From: Bacilli bacterium
GTDB taxonomy: Bacteria; Bacillota_I; Bacilli_A; RFN20; CAG-826
Reading direction: 5' to 3'
DNA length: 64,000 bases
Assembly (NCBI GenBank): GCA_034185265.1
Contig: JAXFZD010000008.1
Location: 25-64,024 of the forward strand
The first letter of the stretch is position 1. Every line of letters starts with the position of its first letter. The notes below the pieces were generated by a model, which ran no database searches, had not been told where the DNA came from, and was given only the letters and a program-made list of their open reading frames with translations. The translations under genes and the position numbers were made by a program. Shown in pieces: positions 21,050-30,215 of this stretch.

Positions 21050-23686
21050 ATGGCAAAACAATATGTTTATAACTTCAAGGATGCCTATGGATTAGGAAAA
21101 GAACTCCTTGGAGGAAAAGGTGCTGGCCTTGCTGAAATGACTCATATCGGAGTTCCAATTCCAGAAGGTTTTACCATTTCAACTGAAGCTTGTACTCTCT
21201 ACTATGAAAGTAACAAGGTTCTACCAGATTTCTTAAAAGAAGAAATATTCAAAGCTCTCGAAAGAGTTGAAAAAGAAACAGGAAAAACATTCGGTGGCGA
21301 AAAGAGACCTTTATTAGTTTCTGTCCGTTCTGGTGCTAGAGTTTCTATGCCAGGTATGATGGATACCATTCTTAATTTAGGTTTAAACGATGTTACTTGT
21401 GCCGCAATGATTAGAGAAACAGGAAATGAAAGATTTGCATGGGATTCCTATCGTCGTTTCATCTTAATGTTTACAAACATTGCAAAAGGTCATCCACGTA
21501 CCGAAATGGATAAGATGTTAGATGACATCAAAGAAGCAAAAGGATACAAATCCGATACAGAAGTTACTGCTCCTGAATTAAAAGAATTAGTTGCCAAGTA
21601 TAAAGCATACTACAAAGCAACATTCGGTGAAGAATTCCCAGAAGATCCAAAAGTCCAATTAATCGAAGCTGTTACCGCAGTCTTCCGTAGCTGGGACAAC
21701 CCAAGAGCAAACGTCTATCGTATGCAATATTCCATCCCATATTCTTGGGGAACTGCTGTTAACGTTCAATCTATGGCCTTCGGAAATAAAGGCGAAACAT
21801 CAGGAACTGGTGTTGCCTTCTCAAGAAACGCTGCCACTGGTGAAAAAGCAATCTCTGCTGAATATTTACCAAATGCTCAAGGTGAAGACGTTGTTGCAGG
21901 TATCCGTACTCCTTTACACATCGATGAATTAAAGAGAAGAATGCCAGAAGTTTATGCTCAATTCGTCGAAACAATTAAAAAAATGGAACTCCACTATCGC
22001 GATATGCAAGATATGGAATTCACAGTTGAAGAAGGAAAACTCTACTTCTTACAAACCCGTTCTGGAAAGAGAACACCAGCCGCTGCATTAAAGATGGCTT
22101 GTGACATGGTCGATGAAGGATTAATCACAACTGATGAAGCTGTTTGCAGAATTGACCCAGTTTCATTCGACAAATTACTCTTACCAAACTTTGATAAAGA
22201 TGATTTAGCTGCTGCTAAGGGTAGAAAATTAGCAACAGGTAACCCAGCTGGCCCAGGTGCCGGAACTGGTAAACTCGCATTTACTGCTGAAGAAGCTGAA
22301 GCAAGACATAATGCTGGTGAAAAAGTTGTTCTCGTTAGAGCAGAAACTTCCCCAGAAGATTTAATTGGTATGATCGCTTCCGAAGCTATCCTCACCAACA
22401 GAGGCGGTATGACTTCCCACGCTGCTGTCGTTGCTAGAGGTATGGGTAAATGCTGTGTCACAGGTTGTGCCGCTGCTCAAATTAATGAAGAAGAAAGAAC
22501 AGTTACAATCAACGGAAAAGTCTACGGACCAAATGATGTATTCTCTATCGATGGTTCCACCGGTGACGTCTATTTAGGCGACATCAAAAAAGTTGCTCCA
22601 GATCTATCTTCTGGTGACTTCGGTAGATTAATGGCTTGGGTTGACGCTGCTAGAACATTAAAAGTTAGAGCAAACGCTGATACTCCAAGAGATGCTCACC
22701 AAGCAAAACTCTTTGGTGCTCAAGGTATTGGTCTCTGCCGTACAGAACACATGTTCTTCGATAAAGATAAAATCTTCTCCTTCAGAAAAATGATTCTTGC
22801 TGAAACAAAAGAAGAAAGAGTTGCCGCTCTTGCTGAAATCGAACCATTACAACAAAAAGACTTCGAAGGATTATTCGAAGAAATGGGTGAATTAAATGTA
22901 AACGTTCGTTTATTAGATCCACCTCTACATGAATTCTTACCACAAGAAGAAGATAAGATTGCTGAATTAGCTGAAGCTACCGGACACTCTGTCGAATTCA
23001 TCCACAAGAGAATTGAAGACTTACATGAATTTAACCCAATGATGGGTCACAGAGGTTGCCGTTTAGCTGTTTCTTTCCCAGAAATCGCCGAAATGCAAAC
23101 CAAGGCTATCGTTAAAGCTGCTATCGCCGTTTCTAAGAGAAAGAACGTACATATCGAACCAGAAATCATGATTCCTCTCGTCTTAGACGTTAGAGAATTA
23201 AAGTTCGTTAAAGCTATCGTTACCAAAACTGCTGATGCAGTCATCAAAGAAGCTGGCGTTAACATGAAGTATCACGTTGGTACTATGATTGAAATCCCAC
23301 GTGCTGCTTTACTCTCTGATGAAATTGCTCAAGAAGCTGAATTCTTCTCATTTGGTACAAACGACTTAACACAAATGACCTTCGGATTCTCCAGAGATGA
23401 CGCAACCAAATTCTTACCAGATTACTATGCCACAAAGATCCTTGAAGAAGATCCATTCAAGACCTTAGATCAAAAGGGTGTTGGAAAACTCGTCAAGATG
23501 TCTGTCAAAGCTGGACGTGAAACAAGACCAGATCTCCACGTTGGTGTTTGCGGTGAAACTGGTGGTGAACCAAATTCCATCGAATTCTATCACAATGCTG
23601 GATTAGATTATGTCTCTTGTTCTCCATTTAGAGTTCCAGTTGCTAGATTAGCTGCTGCTCAAGCTGCAATCAAAGCAAAAAAGTAA
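21050..23686 (+). CDS. ppdK: Pyruvate, phosphate dikinase
   Basis: LLGGKGAGLAEM, LLVSVRSGARVSMPGMMDT, phospho-His GGMTSHAAVVARG, GIGLCRTEHMF, FSFGTNDLTQ; SD GGAGG before ATG 21050. Confidence 0.98.
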   Translation: MAKQYVYNFKDAYGLGKELLGGKGAGLAEMTHIGVPIPEGFTISTEACTLYYESNKVLPDFLKEEIFKALERVEKETGKTFGGEKRPLLVSVRSGARVSMPGMMDTILNLGLNDVTCAAMIRETGNERFAWDSYRRFILMFTNIAKGHPRTEMDKMLDDIKEAKGYKSDTEVTAPELKELVAKYKAYYKATFGEEFPEDPKVQLIEAVTAVFRSWDNPRANVYRMQYSIPYSWGTAVNVQSMAFGNKGETSGTGVAFSRNAATGEKAISAEYLPNAQGEDVVAGIRTPLHIDELKRRMPEVYAQFVETIKKMELHYRDMQDMEFTVEEGKLYFLQTRSGKRTPAAALKMACDMVDEGLITTDEAVCRIDPVSFDKLLLPNFDKDDLAAAKGRKLATGNPAGPGAGTGKLAFTAEEAEARHNAGEKVVLVRAETSPEDLIGMIASEAILTNRGGMTSHAAVVARGMGKCCVTGCAAAQINEEERTVTINGKVYGPNDVFSIDGSTGDVYLGDIKKVAPDLSSGDFGRLMAWVDAARTLKVRANADTPRDAHQAKLFGAQGIGLCRTEHMFFDKDKIFSFRKMILAETKEERVAALAEIEPLQQKDFEGLFEEMGELNVNVRLLDPPLHEFLPQEEDKIAELAEATGHSVEFIHKRIEDLHEFNPMMGHRGCRLAVSFPEIAEMQTKAIVKAAIAVSKRKNVHIEPEIMIPLVLDVRELKFVKAIVTKTADAVIKEAGVNMKYHVGTMIEIPRAALLSDEIAQEAEFFSFGTNDLTQMTFGFSRDDATKFLPDYYATKILEEDPFKTLDQKGVGKLVKMSVKAGRETRPDLHVGVCGETGGEPNSIEFYHNAGLDYVSCSPFRVPVARLAAAQAAIKAKK

Positions 23687-23697
23687 TTCAATAAAGT

Positions 23698-23730
23698 AAA
23701 ACCATCTTCATTTCTGAGGATGGTTTTTTT
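23698..23730. terminator. Probable bidirectional terminator between convergent ppdK and glmU
   Basis: AAAACCATC-TTCA / TGAG-GATGGTTTT stem with A and U flanks. Confidence 0.75.
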
Positions 23731-23779
23731 ATGCACATTTTTGTCATTATCTCCGCAAAATCCACGCGGAATTTTAAAT

Positions 23780-25159
23780 TTAATTAGATTTTTCTTTTAA
23801 AACCTTAGCGTATCCAGGTTTATTTTCTTGTCTACTTCTAGCGATTGCAAACTCTTCTTTTTCTACATCTTTATTTATTGTAGATCCAGCAGCAATAAAG
23901 CTATCTTCTCCTATCTTAACTGGGGAAATAATAGTTGTTCCACTGCCAATGAATGCTTTATCTTTGATATCCGAATGATGTTTATTTGTTCCATCAAAGT
24001 TAGCAATAATAGTTCCGCAGCCAATATTAACTTCTTTTCCAATTGTTGCATCACCTAAATAGGAAAGATGAGCACATTTACTTCCTTCTCCAACTTCAAC
24101 GTTCTTAAGTTCGTTGAAATTGCCTAAAGAAACACTATCATTGATAACTACATTATTTCTGCAACGTAAATATGGTCCTAAAACAGCATTATTTTTAACG
24201 ACTGTATCTGTTAAATGAGAAAATTGAATCTCATTATTATCTCCAATTTCACAATTAGTAATATAGGTGCCTGGACCAATAATATTATTTTCTCCAATTT
24301 TAGTAGTTCCATAAATATATGTATTAGGTTTAATTATCGTATCTGGGCCTATTTCGACATCAGGAGAAATAAAAGTAGATTCACTATCCTCAATACTTAC
24401 GCCTGAGAGCATATATTCCTTATTAATTCTTTCTTGTAACTTCTTTGCAGCAATGGAAAGTTGATATCTATCATTGACGCCCATTGTTTCATCAAAATCT
24501 CTAACAACGAAAGAGTCTACTTTTAAGCCATCTTTTACAAAAATACCGAGGACGTCAGTTAAATAATACTCACCTTGAGCATTATTTGGTTTTATTTCTT
24601 TAAGGTATTTAAATAGTAATTTATTGTTAAAAATATAAACGCCTGCATTAATCTCTTTAATAGCTTGTTCTTCTTCTGTGGCGTCTTTTTGCTCAACTAT
24701 TTTGATAATTCTTCCGTTTTCTTTAACAATCCTTCCGTATCCTCTAGGATTTGAAAGAATAGAAGTCATTACGGTTAAATCATTTTGATTTGCTTCATGA
24801 GAATTAAACATAGCTTGGAGAGATTTTGTAGTTAATAATGGGGTGTCCCCACAGCAAACAATTGTTTCTCCTTCGCAATCTTCTAATAAAGCAGAAGTCA
24901 TCATAACAGCATGGCCAGTACCTTTTTGTTCTTTTTGCCAGACTACTTCAGACTCATCTTTAACAAGTTCAATAGTAGTTTCTCCGCCAAAGCCAACAAC
25001 TGTTATAAGTTTAGAAAACCCAATTGGTCTTAAACAGTCTAAAACCCAATTAACGAGAGGTTTATTTAAAATAGGAAATGAAACTTTAGAACAATTCTCT
25101 TTTTTTGATTTCATTCTTGTGCCTTTTCCGGCAGCTAAAACAATTGCATATTTTTCCAT
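23780..25159 (-). CDS. glmU: Bifunctional UDP-GlcNAc pyrophosphorylase / GlcN-1-P acetyltransferase
   Basis: LAAGKGTRMKS, QKGTGHAV, GYGRIV, NNAQGEYYLTD, hexapeptide repeats, HLSYLGDA. Confidence 0.96.
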   Translation of the reverse strand: MEKYAIVLAAGKGTRMKSKKENCSKVSFPILNKPLVNWVLDCLRPIGFSKLITVVGFGGETTIELVKDESEVVWQKEQKGTGHAVMMTSALLEDCEGETIVCCGDTPLLTTKSLQAMFNSHEANQNDLTVMTSILSNPRGYGRIVKENGRIIKIVEQKDATEEEQAIKEINAGVYIFNNKLLFKYLKEIKPNNAQGEYYLTDVLGIFVKDGLKVDSFVVRDFDETMGVNDRYQLSIAAKKLQERINKEYMLSGVSIEDSESTFISPDVEIGPDTIIKPNTYIYGTTKIGENNIIGPGTYITNCEIGDNNEIQFSHLTDTVVKNNAVLGPYLRCRNNVVINDSVSLGNFNELKNVEVGEGSKCAHLSYLGDATIGKEVNIGCGTIIANFDGTNKHHSDIKDKAFIGSGTTIISPVKIGEDSFIAAGSTINKDVEKEEFAIARSRQENKPGYAKVLKEKSN

Positions 25160-25162
25160 AAG

Positions 25163-26008
25163 TTAAGCAATAACACGAGTCAATCTGACATCGTATCCCT
25201 TTCTTACATATTTTTTATAGGCTTCTTTAACTTTCTTTGCGTCTTTACTTAAAGCAAATAAACTTGAACCAGATCCAGACATTAAAGAAACATCAAATCC
25301 ATCTTCTCTTAGCTTAGAATAAATCTCTCCAATATCAGGTAATAAAGAAATAGAAGTCCCCATTAAATCATTTCCGAAACCTTTTTTAACTAATAATAAA
25401 TCGTCTTTTTTAAGTCCTTCTAGAACTAATTCAGTATTAATGTCTAAACGTGGGAAATTGTCACATTTTTTAAATACATCTACAGTCGATAAACCTTTTT
25501 GTGGTTTAACAATTAGACAAAAATAAGGGAATTTTACGAGGATTTCAGTCATTTTTTCTCCAATTCCTTCAACTAAACAAGGTTTGTTTTTAATAAAAAA
25601 AGGAACGTCAGCCCCTAAAGTTTTTGCTAGTTCAATAAGCTCTTCTTCTTTTATTTTAAGATTTAAAATTTTGTTTAAACTTGTAAGGATAGCGGCTGCG
25701 TTTGAAGAACCTCCGCCAAGACCTGCCATCATAGGAATTTCTTTATGGATCTGAATTAAGAAATTCTCTGTAAACTTATATTTTTCTCTTAATAAATCTA
25801 AGGCTTTTTTACAAATGTTGTTTTTGGAATTTAAACGAATATCATCACACACGATATAGGTATCTTGGTTTGGTCCTAATTTAGTAATATCGATAATATC
25901 ATGTAATTCTAAAGGAAGCATGACCATTTCTAAATCATGGTAACCATCTTCTCTTTTTCCTAGAACTTTTAAGGAAATGTTTATTTTTGCGTACGACTTA
26001 ACAATCAT
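25163..26008 (-). CDS. ispE: 4-(cytidine 5'-diphospho)-2-C-methyl-D-erythritol kinase
   Basis: AKINISL...KREDGYHDL, KEIPMMAGLGGGSSNAA, LGADVPFF, MSGSGS. Confidence 0.95.
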   Translation of the reverse strand: MIVKSYAKINISLKVLGKREDGYHDLEMVMLPLELHDIIDITKLGPNQDTYIVCDDIRLNSKNNICKKALDLLREKYKFTENFLIQIHKEIPMMAGLGGGSSNAAAILTSLNKILNLKIKEEELIELAKTLGADVPFFIKNKPCLVEGIGEKMTEILVKFPYFCLIVKPQKGLSTVDVFKKCDNFPRLDINTELVLEGLKKDDLLLVKKGFGNDLMGTSISLLPDIGEIYSKLREDGFDVSLMSGSGSSLFALSKDAKKVKEAYKKYVRKGYDVRLTRVIA

Positions 26009-26042
26009 AGAACCCAATTATTCTACCCTTTTCAATCAATTA

Positions 26043-26852
26043 TTAAATATTTTTATGAATTAATTCATAAATATTTCTAAACATCTCGGCACTCACTTGT
26101 TCCGGTCGAATGTTTTTATCAATTTCCAGCTCTTTAAATATCTTTTCCACAAGCGATGAATCGACCACTTTTTTTAGATTGTTGGCTAATGTTTTTCTCC
26201 TCTCAAGGAATAACTTGCAAACTAAAGAATAGATTCCAATGCATTTATCTCTATCTACGCCATCATTAAACGTAATAGAAAATACACTTGAATCGACATT
26301 AGGAATTGGAGCAAAACAGTTTCTACTAACATTGAATTCTTTATTTATATTTCCTACTAAAGAAATCAGAATATTTAATGGTCCATAATCTTTTGAATTA
26401 GGTTTAGCTAGCAATCTATTTAAGACTTCTTTTTGGACCATAAAAATAGCGAATTTGCATGCACGTCCCCTCTGAATTACCTTTTCGATAATTAAAGAAG
26501 TTATATAATAAGGAAGGTTTCCAATGATTATTTGATAAGGAGAATAATCATAATCAGCCGCATTTCCATACTCAATTTTTAAATTAGGGTAGGAGGAGAA
26601 GTCTTCTTTAACTTTAAGAAGCATAGACTCATCAATGTCTATTGAAGTTACTTCGTTTTCTAAATCTTTTAAGAAGTATGTTAAAGAACCTGCTCCACAA
26701 CCTATTTCCAGGACTTTATCTTTAGCGTTATTAGGAAGTAATTTAACAATATTTCTACAAATATTAGGATCCACAAGAAAATTTTGGCCAATTTCTTTCT
26801 TAGCCATCAATTTATATTGTGAAATAACTTTAAAGTAACTTAGTTCATCCAT
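26043..26852 (-). CDS. rsmA: 16S rRNA dimethyladenosine transferase
   Basis: GQNFL, VLEIGCGAG, IGNLPYYIT, MVQKEV, F.PIPNVDS. Confidence 0.96.
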   Translation of the reverse strand: MDELSYFKVISQYKLMAKKEIGQNFLVDPNICRNIVKLLPNNAKDKVLEIGCGAGSLTYFLKDLENEVTSIDIDESMLLKVKEDFSSYPNLKIEYGNAADYDYSPYQIIIGNLPYYITSLIIEKVIQRGRACKFAIFMVQKEVLNRLLAKPNSKDYGPLNILISLVGNINKEFNVSRNCFAPIPNVDSSVFSITFNDGVDRDKCIGIYSLVCKLFLERRKTLANNLKKVVDSSLVEKIFKELEIDKNIRPEQVSAEMFRNIYELIHKNI

Positions 26853-27378
26853 GAATTAGTTCCTGAATATCTTTTCTACTTATTCCTAAATAATTTAATC
26901 TTTTCAAAAAGGTTTTTCCATTACAAAAACCTAGACGCAACTCATTTGAAATCTTTTCTCTTAACTCTTCGCTATTAGCTTTGCCTATTAAGCCTAGTTC
27001 ATAAAGGTCACTTGTTGTTAAATTTCCCGGTAAAACTTGGCTAAAATCTTTTAAATTGCTTAATGCGGCAAGAATTTCTTCTTTAGTAGATTCAGCCACC
27101 CCTACTTTATTCTTTTTAATAGAAACTTCTTTTCTGACAAACGCATGTTTGACTAAAGGAGCATAGTCTGCAATTGTGTTTCTTATTTTAGTTCCAGGGA
27201 AATCAGGATCAGTTAAAACTACAACTGTTTTCTTCTCTGAAACATTCTTAATAAGTTCAAGTGTTTCATGTGAAATTGCAGAACCATTGGTCTTGATTAT
27301 CTCGACATCTAAAAAAGATTTGATGAATGCTTCATCAGTCTTTCCTTCAACTACCAAAACGAGATTATTTAAATTCAT
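26845..27378 (-). CDS. rnmV: Ribonuclease M5
   Basis: TOPRIM VVEGKTD, LTDPDFPG..IR, GV, C-terminal NGKTFLKRL; tatD-rnmV-ksgA synteny. Confidence 0.93.
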   Translation of the reverse strand: MNLNNLVLVVEGKTDEAFIKSFLDVEIIKTNGSAISHETLELIKNVSEKKTVVVLTDPDFPGTKIRNTIADYAPLVKHAFVRKEVSIKKNKVGVAESTKEEILAALSNLKDFSQVLPGNLTTSDLYELGLIGKANSEELREKISNELRLGFCNGKTFLKRLNYLGISRKDIQELIHG

Positions 27379-27382
27379 ATTT

Positions 27383-28159
27383 TTATTTCACGTGGAACAA
27401 ATTTATAAAATTTTCTTCTATTTTGTCCGATAAATATTCGACTTCAACTTCTTTTAAGGCAGCCATTTGTTCAACAATAAATTTAATATTAGATGGATCA
27501 TTAGGCTTTCCTCTAAAAGGAACTGGAGATAAATATGGAGAGTCTGTTTCAGTTAAAATTCTATCGATAGAACATTCCTTCACGCATTCTTTTGGCTCTA
27601 CTGCATTTTTATATGTAATAGGTCCATCAAATCCAAAATAATAGCCGAGATTTGCAAATAATTTTAGCATTTCCTTTGATCCTGAATAACAATGGAGTAC
27701 TCCGCCATTTCTACAAGGATGACTTTTTAGAATCTCATAAGTGTCTGCAGCAGCATCTCTAGCATGAATTGAAATTGGTAAATTAAAACGGTTTGCAAAC
27801 TCAATTTGCTTAATAAACCACTGTTTTTGTATATCTCTAAAAGCTTGGTCTTTATACCAATGATAATCTAATCCTATCTCTCCAATAGCAATTACTTTTT
27901 TGTTTTCCAATAAAGGGATTAGTTTTTCAATCTCTGATATATCCAAGCCTTCAATATTTTCCGGATGAAAGCCAATGGACGCGTAAACTCCGTCATATTT
28001 ATTAGCAATCTCTATTGCTTTCAAAGATGAAGCAAGATCATAACCTACGATATTTATATACCGTACCCCGTTATTTTTTGCTTTTAAAATATATTCTTCT
28101 ACTTTATCTAGAAAGAAATCATCGTTTAAATGACAATGTGAATCGACTAAATTATTCAT
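27383..28159 (-). CDS. tatD: TatD family deoxyribonuclease
   Basis: DSHCHL, GFHP, GEIGLDY, IHARDA, VLHCYSG, TETDSPYL. Confidence 0.95.
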   Translation of the reverse strand: MNNLVDSHCHLNDDFFLDKVEEYILKAKNNGVRYINIVGYDLASSLKAIEIANKYDGVYASIGFHPENIEGLDISEIEKLIPLLENKKVIAIGEIGLDYHWYKDQAFRDIQKQWFIKQIEFANRFNLPISIHARDAAADTYEILKSHPCRNGGVLHCYSGSKEMLKLFANLGYYFGFDGPITYKNAVEPKECVKECSIDRILTETDSPYLSPVPFRGKPNDPSNIKFIVEQMAALKEVEVEYLSDKIEENFINLFHVK

Positions 28160-29478
28160 TTTCCAACACAGAATCTTGAAAAGATTTCATCAGTTAAATC
28201 TAAGGTAGGATCTTCCCCAAGAAGTTCTCTACTACAGTTATAAGCACTTAAAAGAATTGAAGCGATAATGTCTGAAGTTATTTCTTCTTCAACAGCGCTA
28301 ATTGCTTCTTCCATTAAAGCAGAAATTCTTCTTAACAATCCAAGCTGTCTAGCATTATTAAAGGATGGTTTAGAGAATGCACTATCACTTATTTTTATAA
28401 CCTTAATAATTTCTTTTGTCAGTGCATTTATATCATTATTAATAGCAGAAATATAAATTCCTTCATCTTTTTTAGAAACTAAATCCGATTTATTGTAGAC
28501 AATAATTCTCCTCTTACCTTCTGTTTTAGAAAGAATTTCTTTATTCTTGTCATTATCTTTATCTCTAGGGTCAATAACTAAAATAATTAAATCGGATTCA
28601 TTGATACTTTTTTCACTTCGTTGAACGCCAATTTCTTCTATTTCATCTTTAGTTTCTCTAATTCCCGCTGTATCTAATATATGAAGTGGAATACCTGCTA
28701 AATTTATATCTCCTTCAACAATATCTCTAGTTGTCCCAGGGATTGAAGAAACAATAGCTTTATCTTCTTTTAATAGAGCATTTAGCAAAGAAGATTTACC
28801 AACATTAGGTTCCCCTACAATAGCTATTTTTATACCTTCTTTAACTAGTTTCCCTTCCTCCCCTTGAGATATTAATTCATCTATACTTTCCTTAATATCT
28901 TTGCAATCTACCGCTACTTTCTCAAAATTTACTTCTCTAATATCCTCATATTCAGGGAAATCTATATTAGTTTCTAGTAAAGCTAATAGATAAGAAATCT
29001 TTTCTTTAATAGGGATAAATAATGAAGAAGTTTCTCCTTTTAAAGATAGTAGGGATAAGTTTTTAGCTTCAATAGTAGTTGCGTTAATTAAATCATTTAC
29101 AGCTTCAGCTTCTATCAGGTCCATTTTTCCATTTAAATAGGCTCTAGAAGTGAATTCTCCTCTAGTAGCATATCTAACACCTTTACTAAGATATAATTGA
29201 ATAATTTGGTCGACTATAATCATTGATCCGTGACAGCAAATTTCAACTACATCCTCCCCTGTATTTGAATTTGGATGGGGATAAACAAGTAAAACAACCT
29301 GGTCAATTACTTCGCTTCCGTTTTTAATTTCTCCAAAGAAAATCTCCCTATTTGAAGTATTACAAATATCTTTAGAAAATATAGAAGATGTAATAGTAAA
29401 AATATTATCGCCACTAGTTCTAATTAGAGCCAAGGCAGACTTTAATGGAGGTGTTGCTAAAGCAATAATAGGTTCCAT
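28156..29478 (-). CDS. mnmE: tRNA modification GTPase MnmE (TrmE)
   Basis: IIALATP, TGEDVVEI.CHG, GEFTSRAYLNGKMDL, GEPNVGKSSL, GTTRD, DTAGIR, NKSD, C-terminal FCVGK. Confidence 0.97.
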   Translation of the reverse strand: MEPIIALATPPLKSALALIRTSGDNIFTITSSIFSKDICNTSNREIFFGEIKNGSEVIDQVVLLVYPHPNSNTGEDVVEICCHGSMIIVDQIIQLYLSKGVRYATRGEFTSRAYLNGKMDLIEAEAVNDLINATTIEAKNLSLLSLKGETSSLFIPIKEKISYLLALLETNIDFPEYEDIREVNFEKVAVDCKDIKESIDELISQGEEGKLVKEGIKIAIVGEPNVGKSSLLNALLKEDKAIVSSIPGTTRDIVEGDINLAGIPLHILDTAGIRETKDEIEEIGVQRSEKSINESDLIILVIDPRDKDNDKNKEILSKTEGKRRIIVYNKSDLVSKKDEGIYISAINNDINALTKEIIKVIKISDSAFSKPSFNNARQLGLLRRISALMEEAISAVEEEITSDIIASILLSAYNCSRELLGEDPTLDLTDEIFSRFCVGK

Positions 29479-29562
29479 GAAATCATTATACAATAAACTA
29501 TTTAACTTTGTTAAAAATAAGGTTTTCAGTAATAGGAATTATTTAATGAAATAGGTGAAAAT

Positions 29563-29592
29563 AAAAAAATTAGCGCAGATTTGCACTAATTT
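29563..29592 (-). terminator. Intrinsic terminator after the rpmH-rnpA-yidC-jag operon
   Basis: AAATTAGTGCA / TGCGCTAATTT stem followed by a U run on the minus strand. Confidence 0.7.
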
Positions 29593-29610
29593 CTTTATTA
29601 ATTCATATAA

Positions 29611-30213
29611 TTAACCGACGTATTTAATGGTTACTGCTCTATCTGGTCCAACACCTTTCGATTCGGTTTTAATGTTATCCCAGGAAGATAAGACGTTATG
29701 AACAACTCTTCTTTCATCGGTTGTCATTGGATCTAATTGAGCATCGACATGAGTTCTTAATACTTGGTTGGCAGTTTTCTTAGCTAAACGAGCAATTCTA
29801 GAATATCTGTCTTGCTTATATCCACCAATATCAACAAGGATGTGGAATCTTCTCTTAAACTTGTTAGAGACAGCTAATTTAGTTAATTCAGATAAAGCTT
29901 GTAATGTTCTTCCACTCTTTCCAATTAAGATAGGATTAACTTCACTAGAAATAGTGATTTTAATTAAGCCATTGTCTTGAATTTCGTGTTCGACATCGGC
30001 CTCAACGCCTAGTGATTCAAGGACATTTTCTAAATAGTGCCCTGCAAATTCAGCAGCATCTTCAATTTCGAAGACAACGATTGTAGCGACTTTTTTGAAT
30101 AAAGATTTCTTTTCTTCCTTAACTTCGTAAACGAGTTTTTCTGCATCGATTGAAAGTTCTTCTGCAGCCATTTTAACAGCTTCTTCAACTGTTTTTCCTG
30201 TATATTCTTTCAT
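29611..30213 (-). CDS. jag: RNA-binding protein Jag/EloR (KhpB)
   Basis: YTGKTVEEA Jag-N, KH LIGKSGRTL, R3H RRVVH; follows yidC. Confidence 0.93.
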   Translation of the reverse strand: MKEYTGKTVEEAVKMAAEELSIDAEKLVYEVKEEKKSLFKKVATIVVFEIEDAAEFAGHYLENVLESLGVEADVEHEIQDNGLIKITISSEVNPILIGKSGRTLQALSELTKLAVSNKFKRRFHILVDIGGYKQDRYSRIARLAKKTANQVLRTHVDAQLDPMTTDERRVVHNVLSSWDNIKTESKGVGPDRAVTIKYVG

Positions 30214-30215
30214 TT

